Below the pieces are notes generated by a model. That model was not told the DNA's origin, searched no databases, and saw nothing but the letters and a program-made list of their open reading frames with translations. From Camelus ferus (Eukaryota): 64,000 bases of DNA. The translations under genes and the position numbers were made by a program. This document shows, in pieces, positions 24,781 to 39,381 of the stretch (the first letter of the stretch is position 1; the number at the start of each line of letters is the position of its first letter). The stretch is taken from assembly GCF_009834535.1 (NCBI RefSeq), contig NC_045696.1, positions 23,004,001 to 23,068,000 on the forward strand. Reading direction: 5' to 3'.

Positions 24781-27700
24781 TGTAGTGCATTTCCACACAG
24801 CAGTAACAAATTACAGCATTATTTTCCTGCTCATTTCAGAATTCATAAAGCATTTTCTTCTTGCTTTTCCAGTAATGGAAGTGGTTTTTAAGGCATAACA
24901 AAATTTTTTTTCTTTGCTATGGAAGTTAAAATTTGTCACATGGTACTACTAATTTTAAAAAGGTAAAACACTTATATATAAAAACTTTTGAATTGCCATA
25001 CATATAGGGAGCACAGTGATTCAGAATCATGAGAAGACATGTGAATAACAATTTCTGCTAACCTGAAAGTATACACCTGCACAAAAATGTAGACACTAAC
25101 CCCCAAATATTACACACTACTTAAGGTTTTTGCTATTTCCTCAAAAGTCAGCACTTGTGTATTAATGATATAAGGAAGTCTGGCAATAAATGTACCTTAA
25201 ATAATTCTTTATTAAAGTATTATTCTTGGATTTCTGAAGAAATTTTATTTTCTTTCTTATTCTTTTCATTCTTTTAAAGTAAGTAATCTAGCATAATCTG
25301 GTAATTAAAGTTTTTTAAGCTCTGTGACCAGTAACAATGACACACACCTCAGGGGTGATCAATTATTGTTAAACTGCACTAATGAGTATTGGCTAAATTT
25401 AACCATTTTGAAAGGCTTTTATCCTTTTGTAAAAAAAAAAAAATTCAGTCTATTATTTCATCTATTTCTTTAAATACCATTTTAGAAATAAGCTCCCAAT
25501 GAAATCCTTGTGGAATTTTATAGACTTAAAAACAAGTGACATTCTAAAATTAGAAGGTACAACAATTCTATTTTGTAATTAGTACTTTAAAAAAAAAAAC
25601 AGGGATTGTTGGTAAATTATCCCAACCAACCAAAACAATAAGGGCTTTAATAGAAGCTCTCCTACATGAGATTTCTAATTTCTCTGGATCTCATTTTTTC
25701 CTTATGTTCACACAGATCTATCTTGTCCCTTCTTATTCAAGGGGCTAAGCTGCCTACTCTAATACCTTTGTGTATAGATTATCTTTGAAGAGGGGCTCAT
25801 AATAAATATTGATATTATACAAATAATAACAGTGTTAATAATATTTTGTGAGATTGAGAATACATATTTTATTAATATTTCTAACAATAGTAAGATGTCT
25901 AGTGCTCTGAAAAGAAAAGCAGTTTAACTGCTAAAAAAACACACAGGGGTAGGAACTGAGAAATCTGAGAGCTTGTAGGATATTGACTGGAAAGGTCAAA
26001 GTCATGGGATGATGGGGGGAAGCCAGTGGGGGTATGTTTTCCTGGTGTATGTAATGTAAGTGTGCAAAGTATAGAGGAGAGCTGTGATAACCAATATATA
26101 TGTGTTCATTTTAGCACTGTAGGATTATTTGCAGAAATATGAAATTTTTTTCACTTCAAATTCAGATAAAGCATTTTCAAAGAACAATAATCAAAAAAGG
26201 CATATTGTCTGTTTTCTTTGTAGAATACAGGACTACTGTTTATTTTTTATACAACTCTATTGCATAGGAAAAGCTCAGCAAACACAGAAATAAATCAAGA
26301 AAACTCCACAATCTATAATATGTCTTCGCTTTACTTCTTCAAATTACTTTGGTGTTAAATTTAAAATTCTATTCCTATTTTTTCTGCTCTAAATTTTCTA
26401 AAATAACTTATTTTCAAATCAACATCAAAGAGAGTAGAACTTATACCAGTATTTCTTTGTTTCATCTGCCTTGAGAAAAATCTCAACAATTAATGATGCA
26501 ATGCTTAACAGTCCCCTTTCTTAACCTGTTTTCAGCTCAGCAGCTTTTCAATGAAAGCTCCAGTTCAGTCATAGCAGGCATCTATTTCCCTGGAATTGAC
26601 TATACCGAAAGCATTCTTTTAATAAATTAAACGTACTGGGCTCTGAAACTCAAATCATCTACTTAATAAAGTCATGAGTCTGTTTTCTTTTCTCCAGCAA
26701 TATTACAACATAATTATATTCATGAATTCCAGTTTGTGAGCTCTATTTCATAGTCTCCTCACATTAAAAAGGGCAATGTTTAGTTTTATCTTATGAATTC
26801 TGTTACCATTCCCAAGTGCCAGAGCAAAAAGGATAGTAAATTTGACTAAAAGACACTGTCCTTTGAGATGAGTAAATACTGGTCTCCTTGCCACAGTGTC
26901 TGCACGAATGCCCTGTTCATTTTGAGAACTTTCTTTATTTGCTTTGCTCCGGTTAGTTGGCATACTCTATCCCCTGTAAGAAAGTCATTTCTATGATTAG
27001 AGTTTATGCACTTGATGCCAAAACTAGCAACCAAAAAGTTAAAAATTAAAAGATTTTGGTGGGTTATGTTTTCTTTTGTTTTGGGCTATAGGATTAAAAG
27101 AAATGGCCAGTTTAACTGAAGTGTTGATGAAGTACATTGTGTGGTCTGAAGTACTGTGGTTTGGTACCACCCAGACAGAGCACTTACTAGAATACTTAGA
27201 ATCTCAGGCTTGTCTATATTCTGTGACTCCCACACACATTTCCTACACAATATCTCTCTTCTTCACAAAGCAAAAGTAATTCATAGCAGTATGAGATGAA
27301 AGCACTGGAAAATTTTGAAAATGGGAGCTATCACTTCTCTGAGAAGTAGAAAAAGATTCTAATAATCAGGACCCTCCCAAAGGTAAAGATATAAATAATC
27401 CTCCAAATCGGTACTGAGAATTGTAAGAGACGGAACTTATATGTTGAAAATACTATCTCAAATTTCATCTACGATAGCTTCATAGATGATGAAAATGGTG
27501 GAAGTGGGGCAAAAGTATCAAGAAAGTTTCACAGTGTTGTTCATGCATGCTTATTGCAAGCAGACAAAAGAACTCTATTGCTATCAGGTCTAATCATTAG
27601 ATGCAATTACGAAGATTTAGAGGATGAAGAGAAGGGGTGACAGAAAAGAGACTATGAGACTATGTAAAAAAGAGGTAAATTAAAAGAGAACAGAGATCAA

Positions 27701-29779
27701 AGAAAATAATGAAACCAGGAGACAGGCTGATTAAAAAGAGAAATGCTGTTAACAAAGAAACCAAAAAAGCTAGCAACACATAGCACTTAGGTTTGTTTCA
27801 AATGGGAGCAAAAGCAAAAAAATTGAGGTTTGAACTGTTGAAAAGCCAACCTATGAGGCTTAGGATTTAATTTCAAACTCAGCTTTTCTCCATTTTTCTA
27901 GCATGGAGGTTTTCTTTTTTCCTTTTTAAAAAACAGTCTTTGATCTTTTGCCTTAACGAGTCCAGTCAATATGTAAAGAATCAAAATTGTGAGTGCTAAT
28001 GCCCCTATTTTGTTAAACCAAGTATTAAACATTGTGCTATTTGTGTGGTCTGAAGACTATTGGAATAGTACTTTGTGTGACTGAGGTGTTTGAAGATGCT
28101 GGAAACAAAATGGCTAACCAGGAAGCCAAAGTAATTTTTTTTTTTTTTTTGCCAGAAAAACACTTATTTATTTTAGATGAAGCAAGCTGAATAACATAAA
28201 AACATCAATTCTCTCCAATAGAAAGTTAATTGACAATTACATTTAAGTCAATGTCATTAATTAATGTGGATCCTGATAATTCGATGTATGATCTGAGAAT
28301 ATTATCTATGCTACTTTTCACTCTAATTTCACTTAATGCAATAACTATACTTTATTTGAGTCCACAATCATAAATTAATAACACTTCAAAAAATTTTAAT
28401 TCTATCTAGACTAGAGCATTAGCAAGTGTATTTCAGAGAAGTGCTTAAAAAGAACTTAAAAATTAAATTACTGATAGATTTCCTGCATATAGTGTTATAA
28501 TTGGACCTACCACTGGTTATTAAAAGGACTGTCATTATTTCCTGATTACCATGTGCAACTACTATGTTAAGTAAGATATAAATGTACATATAAATGCAAA
28601 TGTAAATATAAATATATATCCAAATGAGACAGGTGATATTAACAGAAGAAAGAAAAAAATCCCTGATTTATTTGAAGTTACAGCCCTAAATACAAGCCAA
28701 TATAGAACTGATTATTAAATCAATTGGTCTATTTTTCCAGATTAATTGACTTGTAAACTGAGTGCATATCTTGATTATCATGTTCTTATTTTTTTCTTTG
28801 GGAAGAAACATGTGTTTGGCTGAATGGAAGGCAGATTATCAAAAATGAAACACATGTATCCCAAAATAAATAGGATTTAATGACCACCATTTGGTGACAA
28901 TTACACAAAGTTAGTTTGCATAATTTTTGAATTAAACTCAAATGTGTACTTACATAGAACATAACCACCATATGTAAATTATTTTAAATTATCTTAATTG
29001 GTTCAAAAACTTATTATTTATATATCTTTAAGCAATTTTTCAAAGACTCAGCAACCAAAATTTGACAAACTTTTTTGGGAAATTCTAGATATGTAGGCTT
29101 GAGGTTATTTTAAAACACAAGATTTAAAAAAAGGTCTACTGTTTTGTAATTATATCTTACAACAGTAGAACATGCTCTCAAAGGTCTTTTAAAATGTCAG
29201 TATTGGAACTTTTCCGTAAAATTGAATACCAAGGACAAGAAAATGGAAAACAAAATGCTACATTAGATAGACACAGCGATCTTACATAAACGTTAAGGCA
29301 TATTTACCAAATATTAAACCATAGGTAGGATGTCAACTGGTAGAATTGGGAGGATAAAAATTATAGGAGGAAGGGGATTGAAAAGTATACCACCTGGACA
29401 CAATTACAGGGTGTATGAGGAAGAAAGAAGAAATTTAATGGGGAGAAAGCAGATTGGGACTAGGCTGTAAAAAGGATAGCAATCTGGACCACCACTTTGG
29501 AAGTTATTTTGTGAGTAACTTGGAATCCCTGGTATTCTTTGCACAATGTGGGCAGGACTGAGCTATATGAATAGCATTGGGGTAGTAGTGGATTAAAAGT
29601 AATAAGCGGCAAGACCGGAAGCCAGAAGATTCTTATGAAAATCGTGTTCAACATTTAAAAACTTTATCTGCTAACTAGCATAAATGAAAGAAATCTAGTT
29701 TAAATGATAAATCACAACTTTTTATGCAAACCATTTTATCATAGGACTTTCCAATACTGATGAGAGAAGTATGTTTGGA

Positions 29780-30170
29780 AGTTTCAGAAATCTTTCACAG
29801 TAATATAAATTGGTACTCTCTCTGGAAAGCAGTTTTGCAAAATGAATCAAAAGCTCTAAAATTTCAGGATTATAATAATTTAATTTCTAGAAATATATCC
29901 AGAAGAAAAATTAAAAGACAGATAAATGTGTCTATAAATGATAAATACATACATGAAATAAAATATTGAACTATGGTAACATTTTTACATACAAAGAAAT
30001 TTGATTTTCATGAGAAAACACTTATTGAATTAACACTAGAACAGTGATAAAACCAGGCAGAACGTGTTTAGTTGTCAGCCAAAAAAATACTGCATGAATA
30101 CCAAATATATATGAAGGAACTAGTTTAAAAACATAAATAAGAGGTTTTTTTTTTTTTTTTCCTGGATGAT
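29780..30170 (+). mobile_element. Old L1 (L1ME-like) 3' fragment
   Basis: TATAAATTGGTACTCTCTCTGGAAAGCAGTTTTGCAAAAT...TTCTAGAAATATATCC resembles the L1 ORF2 end. Confidence 0.45.
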
Positions 30171-32786
30171 GGAATTATTCATTCATACAATAAAAAAACG
30201 ATTGAGGATCTAGAACATATCTGTCATCATTTAGTATGGTTCTGGGAATATAAAAATAATTCAGTTAATAAAGTATTAAGGAGAGTTTGATAACAGGTAA
30301 GTGCAAGGCATTGCTCTGGTTACATTTTTTCATAGGTTGGGGGTTCCAGAGGAGAGTGTGGGCATGCCTAAGGGGGTCCCTGATCAGACAATACTGAGGC
30401 AAGGGTTGGGGCATGCAGAGTGGGGCGAGCATGGAGAAGGTCGAAAGAAGACCAAAGAATGAGGGCTATGTTGCAGAAGGTGGTGAGGCCAATTTTTGCA
30501 AGATATGGAGTGAAGAAAAATGTCGGGGGGAAAAATAAAGGATATATTTTCATTAAAACAATGGAAATCTCAAATGGGTAAGGAGAAGCTAGTCACAGAT
30601 TTCTGTAAGAATGAGTTAGATCAAGTTGGATGGAATGAAAGTATCAAAGAAGAAAGATGTGTATGTAAGTTGATAAATGAGAAAATAAACCTCTCAAAAA
30701 TGCCTTTCTTTTTTTTTTAAGTCAAGATCTGATTAAATGGGTTATTAAGAGGAAAGTCTAATTGTTACAAGGAGGAGATTTCTTTTTCTTAATGTAGCTT
30801 ATTGTCAAAAGTGTTATTAAAAATTTTTTTACCTCTGTGAATACATAAATTCCTTACTTAAAACCTAAGGTAACAAAAACTTTTATATTCTAATGGGTTA
30901 TTGATGCTAAAAATACAAACTTTTTTTGGTCATGAAATTCTAAGCTGGAAAAATATGTTAGTAGTTAAACTTAAGAAGTGATTTATTTGTAGATACTAAA
31001 TTAAAGATGTATTCCATAAAATTGAATACAACCCTCTTGTTAAAAATAGATTGGAGCAATATTAAAATAAGCAAACACTTATTTTAATTGTACATTACAT
31101 CAAAAAACTCATGAAAATACCAGTCTTGGGTGATATAATTTTTCGACAGTCCTTCAAACAACCACATTGTCCCATGTTCCCCTAACCTCTGCCCTGTCCT
31201 CCTGTAACCCTCAAAGTTATGCTCTTACAATGTATGATAGTTTAGAAGGTAGGAAGAGAGGTTTTTTGGTTTTGTTTTTTTAATCTCCTCTTTAGAAAGT
31301 TAAAAAAAAAGTTCTTCTTTGGACACCTTCCAAATTTTTGTGCTATTTATTGACCATACACAGGTCAGAGTTACATGTGGCTCTGTCGGGTCACAAAAAT
31401 ATTCCACCAAAGACAGAAGAGAGATGGGACAGGAAGGGGGACAAGAGGTGAGACACTGGGTTAACAAAGGATCCACCCATCCAATGGGTTCATGAATAAT
31501 GACTGATCTTCAAATTACCTCAAATGATAATATATTATTTTTGCTTGTTAAGCAAATTTCTTAAAAAATCAGTTTTTTAGTATGAATAAAAATGACTGCT
31601 ATAAATGATAGAGGCTTTATCTGTTTATGACTTGGACATGCATGGCTCTCTATATATACATTTTAAAATGATGATAATGATAATATGAAAATGATATAAA
31701 TTTTCTGACAATAAAAATTTTAAAAAGCTATTATCAAATTAAATAATTAGGTTTTATATCTGGTTTTGATAAAAGTTAACTGATTTGCTTGAATAATATC
31801 TTAACAATGATAATGAAATATAGTAAAATCTGAGTAATAATGAATCCTAAAAATGTTAAGACTATGGAATTGATTCATCTTTATGATATTTAACCTGATG
31901 TTCTTTTACTAATATTGATCCCACAGAGATCTCACTAATGTGTATAGGAATAATTAGAAGTTACATATTAGCTTGACTAAAATATTACCTTAAAATACAT
32001 TTTATAAGATTTAATAGCTGTCTAAAGCCTATTTAATTCACAAAGAAAAAAAAAGCCTTCTCAGACTATCTTTCTTTCTGTGGCCATTTAACCTTTCTGT
32101 AACATTGTTTTACAGGGTAGAAAATGAAATCATTCTTTTAGATTATGCTAATTCATATGAAGGTGACATTAAACAAATAGGAGTTAAGCAATATGTTATT
32201 AAGGTCAAATATTTAATTTATTTTTACTCCCATTTATTTTTATGTCATTGGCATTCTTTCTAATGAGCTAATGGAGGAAAATATTGCCATAGCTAAGTGA
32301 ATTAGATCATCGAAAACTTCACACTTTGAGAAGGTTGTTCTTCTTTAAGTGAGTTGGGTGCTATAAAATTAAAAAAAAAAAAAGATCTTGTAGGAAAAAG
32401 TGGGATCCTGAGTGCTGAGTAATCTTTGATTATGTTTTTGTGCTCATACTTGAACAGGATGGGTCTGACCACTTGTGAGTTAAAACATAAAGTGGACTGT
32501 TTGAAAATAAGATTTGCAGAAATGCAACACATTTCAAGACCGGGGTGCACTTCCTTTTATTTTAGAAAGATTTTTCCTAGAATTTGGATTCTTGTTTTTC
32601 AAAATACAAGGCATCTTTCAAAAGAAGTCATCCCACATTAATATTCAAAGATTTTAGGATTTTGGATGAGACTTTTGTCACATCAGCCCTGCATCTGTAA
32701 TTTCACGCACTCTACTGGCTCATCATGGTTTGGAGGTTGGTTCACTTCCTGCCATAGATGTACATCTGGACTACTCCATTTACATC

Positions 32787-33479
32787 TTTTTTAAAATTGA
32801 AGTATAGTCAGTTACAGTGTGATAATTTCTAGTGTACAGCATTATGTTCCATTCATACATATACATACATATATTCCTTTTCATATTCTTTTTCATTATA
32901 GGTTACTACAAGAAATTGAATATAGTTCCCTGTGCTACACAGAATAAACATGTTGTTTATCTATTTTATATATAGTAGTTAGTATTTGCGAATCTCGAAC
33001 TCCCAATTTATCTTTTCCCACTCCCTTCCCCGGTTACCATAAGTTTGTTTACTATGTCTGTGAGTCTGTTTCTGTTTTGTAGATATGTTCATTAGTGCCT
33101 TCTTTATTTTTTTCTTTTTTAGATTACACATATGAGTGGTATCATATGGTATTTTTCTTTCTCTCTCTGGCTTACTTCACTTAGAATGACAATCTCCAGA
33201 TCCATCCATGTTGCTGCAAATGGCATTATTTTATTCTTTTTTAAGGCTGAGTAGTATTCCACTGTATAAATATACTACAGTTTCTTTATCCAGTCCTCTC
33301 TTGATGGTCATTTAGGTTGTTTTCATGTCTTGACTATTGTACATAGTGATGCTATGAATACAGGGGTGCATGTATCTTTTCAAATTACAGTTCCCTTCGG
33401 ATATATGCCCAGGAGTGGGATTGCTGGATCATATGGTAAGTCCATTTTTAGTTTTTTGAGGAATCTCCAAACTATTTCC
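32787..33479 (-). mobile_element. Young 5'-truncated L1 (artiodactyl/camelid-type)
   Basis: Poly-T then AATTGAAGTATAGTCAGTTACAGTG...ATATAGTTCCCTGTGCT...CCATCCATGTTGCTGCAAATGGCATTATT...GGAGTGGGATTGCTGGATCATATGG. TSD CATCTTTTT at 32783 and 33480. Confidence 0.92.
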
Positions 33480-33489
33480 CATCTTTTTA

Positions 33490-34420
33490 CTGATTATACA
33501 CAAATAACTCCTTCTAGTCTATCTTTAGTCTAAGTTTCTGTCTTAAGGGACAGATCTACCTATTCAACAGTCTACTTATGTCACTAACAGACTACCTCAA
33601 ACACATCAACCTCTCAACATGTTCATAATTGACCTCATTGTCTCCCAAACCTTTTCCTCTTAGCCAGTTATTGGCACTGAAATACATACCCTTTCTTGCA
33701 AACTTAGAGAGCCACACAAGATTTCCAGCTCATGTTAACCTCCCACACAAGAATGGTGAAGTTCTTGTCAACTTGATATTGAAAATAGCTCTTGAATAAC
33801 CTGCACAACCTTCTTCTCACTCTTCTATTCACTGGTCACTCTCCTCTTTATTGACACTTCTTGCTTGATCAATTTACTTAGCTTTCATAGTTGCAGAAAT
33901 TTACAGAGATTGTTCTAACAAGTAAATCTGGTCAATTCGTGCCCATTCTTATATTCATTCATTTGTTCTTCACCATCTTCAGAACTTAATTCAAAGTTAC
34001 CAGCATTGCATTGAAAGCTTTTGTGATTTAGCACATGTCGACTTGCCTGGCCCCTCCCCCATGTATTCTCTGTGTTCCAAACATCACATTGTCATTCCTC
34101 AAGTGGGTTTTCCTTGCCATCAATATGTGTGTAAGGTAGCTGGGACTCCCTTATCCATCTTGTCAGTCTGCCTGACTCTTTGAGTCTCTACCTTCATATC
34201 CTCTCTGGGAAGCCACACCTGAGGCTTTTGGTCCAGATTAGGGTTAAAGCCTGTCCTCTGTGCTCTTAGAACTATATGCATCCCTCTGAGGACAGACAAT
34301 CTGACTTATGCCTACAAGTCTGCAAAGCCTAATATCTTGCCTAGTACAGAGGACATGCTCAATACTCATTGATGAAATCTACCAGTGAATAAACACTTGA
34401 ATAGATGAAAATAAATGATG
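33490..34420 (+). mobile_element. L2 fragment
   Basis: CAAATAACTCCTTCTAGTC...TATTCAACAGTCTACTT...CTCAAAC...CATGCTCAATACTCATTGATGAA follows the L2 3' region. Boundaries approximate. Confidence 0.6.
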
Positions 34421-34882
34421 AGAGGCTACCTGCATGCTTTATGAATTTTGACTGTTAAATATTTCTGAGTTTTAAAACACTAAACTTAGATTTATATATT
34501 TTGGAGTCTATATATTTTAGTACATGAAATTGATAACCAGAAACTTTACATTTGTTCTCACCCACTGTGTTCACGGGAAAAGGAGTGGCATTACATAGAT
34601 TTTTTCTACCTCTTCCATATAAGATAATCCAGAAAGGAAATTTGAGAGAATCATAATTTATTCATGCACTACCTGATCATTCTGGCTTTTCCATTAACTG
34701 GGTTGAAAAAAGTTACTGAGTGAAAGATTAGGGATATAATGACAGCTGTGCTGTCAATGTCTCCAGTTGGTAGAAATCCTTGGGTTTTGGACTGCTATAT
34801 GGAAAAGCTGAACTTGTGGTTGAGAGACTGAAGTGTAAGCATTCTCTTTCCATTGACTAATCCAGTTTGACTTTCACTGCAG

Positions 34883-34934
34883 GTGCATGAGTTGCCTGGA
34901 GACCTAACCTTTACAACACTGACGCAAACATATG
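34883..34934 (+). other. Candidate 52-nt internal exon (probably non-coding)
   Basis: Branch-like TGACTAAT, then TTTGACTTTCACTGCAG acceptor and ATG|GTGAGT donor in unique sequence. One frame is open (VHELPGDLTFTTLTQTY) but the peptide is not recognised. Confidence 0.3.
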
Positions 34935-35679
34935 GTGAGTTCAAGAATCTGTTTGGTCTCTGGACATCTTAAATTAGGAGATGCTCAAAGGTGACTACTG
35001 ATAAGACTGAGTCATTGAGGTTTGTTGTAAAAAACAGTAAGAGGTAACTGAACTGAAGACACGATGACCATGAGGTGACTACTGGTCAACTGCTTTCCCT
35101 TTATTCATTATGTTACTCTCTAAATACAGAGGCTAATAAAATGTTAATTCTCTGAACTGTAAAGTATATTTAAAATTTTTTTTCTGGAGCCACCAGTAAA
35201 GGAAGCTAATTTTTCTTTCCAATAACAGTAGAACATAGAAATGCACCCACGAGAAAGGTAAAGCAGAGAACTAAGACAATTACAAGGGTCAATTAAGCAC
35301 AAAGGTTGTTTCTGCCTCAATAATCCAGGTAATTGAAACTGAAACAGGTTCAGGCATGTAATTGGCACAGTTCTCCTCTTGGCTTTGGTAGTGGAGACAC
35401 ATGATGTTTTCACAAGTCTGGAACTAGTTTTAAGCTACAGCATTTTCCCTCTGTGGTATGTTTTAAAATATGGACTGAATTACTAGAATTTCAAATGATA
35501 TATTTAAGCAGTAAGTTAATCTGACAGCAATAAATTAATGAGAAAGTAAAGTTTTACATGACTCTCTGAAGACAGAATTGACAAATGAAACCCTTGCTAT
35601 ATATGCATACCATAATATTACATATATATATAAAAATATACATATATTTCTCCAGCTTTGATCTTTTCTCTTCCTCAAA

Positions 35680-36720
35680 AAGCACCTCAATTTAATGTCT
35701 GAAACTGGATTCCTTTTTGTATCTTTCCCTATTTTCCACTTATTTGTCCTCCCATATATATACCTCAGCTTGATCTAGAATATCATCATTCATCTAGGCA
35801 CCCAAATCATAAAAACAGAAATTGCCCAAGCTTTCATCTTTATCCTTCACACTGTGATTTACCCCACCTCTTCCACTATCCACTGAATCAGTGAGATATT
35901 CCACTAATTCTACTTCTCAAGTGACTCCTGAATCTGTGTACCTGCCCCTCCACCATTCTTCACCACTCCTTCATTGCCGTCTGTTAGATCTTCGTCTTTT
36001 CCTGTCAAGACTAGTGAAATGGCCTCTTAATTAGTATTACTGTGTCTATCCTGTCTCCCCACACTTAGTCATGTACAATCAAACTACACTACACACATCA
36101 CAATGTCACATCCCTATACCCACAGAAAAGGCCTGGGGCCTTAGCATTGCAGGGAAATTACCTGTCTTCTACTTAAGCCTCCATCCTCAGCTCATCCCTC
36201 TCTGCCACACAGATTTTACTCCAGCTCGGGGGGCTGCAGCTTTTCCCTCTGCCCGGCGCACCGTTGCTGTGTTATGCTTCCATGCCTCTTCCTAGTTCCT
36301 CTTTCTAGCATTGCACTTCCCTCCAGTTGGTCAGCTAATTCTAATTAATCAAACCGTTCATTCATTCAACAGACATTTATTAAGCACTAACAATGTACCA
36401 GTTCCTCAACTGAATGCTGACTATCAAATTGTTCTTCTTCCCTATCCTGTTTTTTTCAATTTAGTTTCATTTTCATCAAGAACCTTCACGGGCGTAATCT
36501 CCTCAGAGAAGCCAGGGAGGCTGGACTGTCACCTTTCCCCTGAGCCTGTGAACACCCCAACGAGTGTCCCAAACACTACCTGGAAATCATATTTGCTTAT
36601 CTGTCTTACCCAAAACACTACAGTCATGCTAGGGTAAGTTCTTGTGCCTTATTCTTCTTTTTATTTACCGGGTCTCGTGTCTGGTCTATGACAGTTTCTT
36701 AATAAGTATGTTTTGAACTG
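35680..36720 (+). mobile_element. L2 fragment cluster
   Basis: GCACCTCAATTTAATGTCTGAAACTG...CATCATTCATCTAGGCACCCAAAT...CTCCTCAGAGAAGCC...TAATAAGTATGTTTTGAACTGAA. Includes a short reverse L2 end (TTCATTCAACAGACATTTATTAAGCAC) at ~36357-36420. Confidence 0.65.
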
Positions 36721-38029
36721 AACTTAATGTTACTGCCCTTGAAGGCTGCCAGGGTAAGTCAAACTTGATGCAGTCATGTGTTTCCTTCCTGTTATGTTCT
36801 TTTTCCCCTATCATTATTTCTTATGCTTATTCTATTCTTTCTCTCATCATTTTCCCTCTTTTCTAACTACTTCTTTTTTCTTGCCATTTAAATATTTGGA
36901 AAGTTGTGCATAAGCTCTGTCATCTAGAAGTGGTCATAGCAGCGCTGGCCACTTTCTTGATCAGAGGAGCTTATCAGTGTTTTGTCAGCAATGGGAACTC
37001 TAGGACTTTGGTGGTCAAGGGAAAGAATGTGTTCAGAATGAAAGGGAACACAAGAATGTTCGACAGAAGGCAATGCTCCTGGAACTAATGTTTCGGGATG
37101 CAATGCAATCAGATGTGGGAAGAGCTGGCATTACCCAGGATGTGAATTATGAGGTCTTACTGTCTTTTGAGGTTCCTGTCTTCTGATACCCATCCAACAT
37201 GCACAAACATGCAAACAAATGCACATTTGCACATGCATGATACACACACACACTTACTCTTACACTTTGTTATGCCCGAATTGTCCATTTCTCTAGTTTA
37301 TAAACTAGTAAGAGTTTACCCATGCTTCAGGTGCAAGGTCAAGTGCCAGCATGTTCTAGTTCAAAATTATCCCCCTTTACTCTGATGAGAATGACCACAA
37401 ACTGTGGTAAGTGGCCCATCTTCAGTCTCTAATCCATTGTGGATCAATAATACAGCAAACAATGTAAACTAATTACTAGATAAATAGGTTAAAAAAGAAA
37501 AAGAAAATATTAGATAAAATATATCTAATATTTCACTTCAGAATAATTAGATTCAGCAGAAATAGAATCACTCTGTCAAAATGCTAAGAAGGTTTTCTAA
37601 ATGCTTATCCTCAACTTCTCAACTTACGTCATCATGAACCAGAAGCAGTGTGTAACCTGGAATAGTCCAGACCATGCTTTGAGGAGCACTGCTCCAAAGA
37701 AACTGGTATTAACTTACAAAACAGCCAGTGTATGAATGCCCACGAAATGAGTTAAAGAACAGATCTCAACATCATTACCAGAATACATCAGAGTTTGTGT
37801 TCTTTTTTTATTTGTGGACATGTTTTATATTTTTATCTTTATAGTTTTGAAGTTCTTGATACTAGCATTATGCAAGTGATTCAGGGTTTCTCAGTAGAGG
37901 TTTTCAATCACTAATTTATTCCTCAACTAGAGTTTACTGAACATCATCTATGTGCCAGACACTGTCCTAGATGTTAGGATCCAAATTTGCATAAAATATG
38001 ATCCTTGCATCAATCAAACCCAAATTAAA

Positions 38030-38439
38030 GGCATGCTATGAAACAACTGGAATGTAATCTTCAAAAGTATCAGGGTTATGAAAGTCAAGGAATGTCTGTG
38101 GACCATTTCTATACTCATGGAGCCTAATAAAATGAAACTACTAAATGAAGATCATTTGAAAACAAATTCTTACACGCTAAAGGACAGTAGCTGGAATTTA
38201 TTCAGACAATTGAAAATTCAATGGCATCTGAGGATTAGATGGTAGTAATATATCATTGTTAACTTCCTGATGTATTAGTCAGCTCCAGCTGCTTTAACAA
38301 AATATCCTAGCCTGGGCAGCTCAAGCAACAGGAACTTATTTCTCACATTTGGAGGCTGGCAAGTCCAAGATCAAGGAGCTAACCAATTCCATTCCTCAGT
38401 GAGAATTTTCTTGCTTGCTTTTGCTCTCACATGGCAGAG

Positions 38440-38470
<31 letters not shown>

Positions 38471-38841
38471 TGGGAAAGAGAAAGCAAACTCTCTAGGGTA
38501 TCTTCTTATAAGCACACTAATCCCATTATGAGAGACCCATGCTCATTACCTCATTTAAATCTACTTAGGTCCCAAAGGCCTCTTCTCCAAGTACCATTAC
38601 ATTGTTAGGGCTTCACTATATGAATGGAGAGGCACAATTCAGTCCTTAGTATTTGATATTATTTTACTGCGGTTATGTGGAAAATGTCTTTGTTTGTAAG
38701 GAAACACATGCTAAAAGTACTTGAGGGTAATGAGGCATTAGGTTGGCAATTTCCTTTCAAATAGTTCTGTGGAAAAAGTTCTCTGTGCTGTACTTGCAAA
38801 TTTTCTGTAAGTTATGATTTTTTTTTAAAAAAAGTTTTAAA
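38030..38841 (+). mobile_element. L1MC4-like 3' UTR fragment split by an MLT1A LTR
   Basis: TGTAATCTTCAAAAGTATCAGGGTTATGAAAGTCAAGGAA...GGATTAGATGGTAGTAATATATCATTGTTAACTTCCTGA, resuming TTTGAT...GGTTATGTGGAAAATGTCTTTGTTTGTAAGGAAACACA...TTTTCTGTAAGTT. Confidence 0.7.
38271..38651 (-). mobile_element. MaLR solo LTR, MLT1A-type, with internal (GA)n
   Basis: TGTATTAGTCAGCTCCAGCTGCTTTAACAAAATA...TTATTTCTCACA...GGAGGCTGGCAAGTCCAAGATCAAGG...CTTCTTATAAGCACACTAATCCCATT...ACAATTCAGTCCTTAGTA. Confidence 0.9.
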
Positions 38842-39381
38842 GATATTATCTCTGACCTTAAGAGTCTCAATTCTACTTGGGAAGAGAGACATGTGAGCAA
38901 CTGTAATTAGGTACCATTAAATGCAGTGAAATATGTAGTGATATAATAAAGAATTCAAATAGAAGAAGGGAGGGTGAATCTGTCCAGAGGAAGTCAGGAG
39001 AGGTCTCAGAGAGTAAAATATTAAAGGTAAAAATGTAAAACAAACCAGGGTCCACTGACCCATGTTTATTCATTAATGATTATGTGACAAGATTTGCATG
39101 TTTGATTTTTATTTTCCCCATGGGCTTGACTTCCCTTTGATCCATTATCTTTAGTCATCATTTTCTTTTAAGATTAATAAAAGACCAAAGGTTTGCAGAA
39201 AGCTTGAGTAAAACAAAAGATGGTAATAAATTAGTAGTCAGGGGTTAGAAAAAATATATGTTCAAAAAATGATGTCTCTTAACCATAATTCTTTTGCACT
39301 TCATAATATATTTTAATTGGTTCAGTCTTGCTTTCCTCTTTCTGGAATCCAGAGATAGACTGAAAAGGCTTATCTGATAAG

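Noticed and set aside
26807..26973. Minus-strand exon-like unit within ORF 26748-26963
   Set aside because: The donor is weak (ATG|GTAACA), the peptide is unrecognised and there is no partner exon.
32458..32474. 17-nt AG...GTGAGT micro-exon candidate
   Set aside because: It is not frame-preserving, the pyrimidine tract is weak, and joining it to the 52-nt candidate gives stops in all frames.
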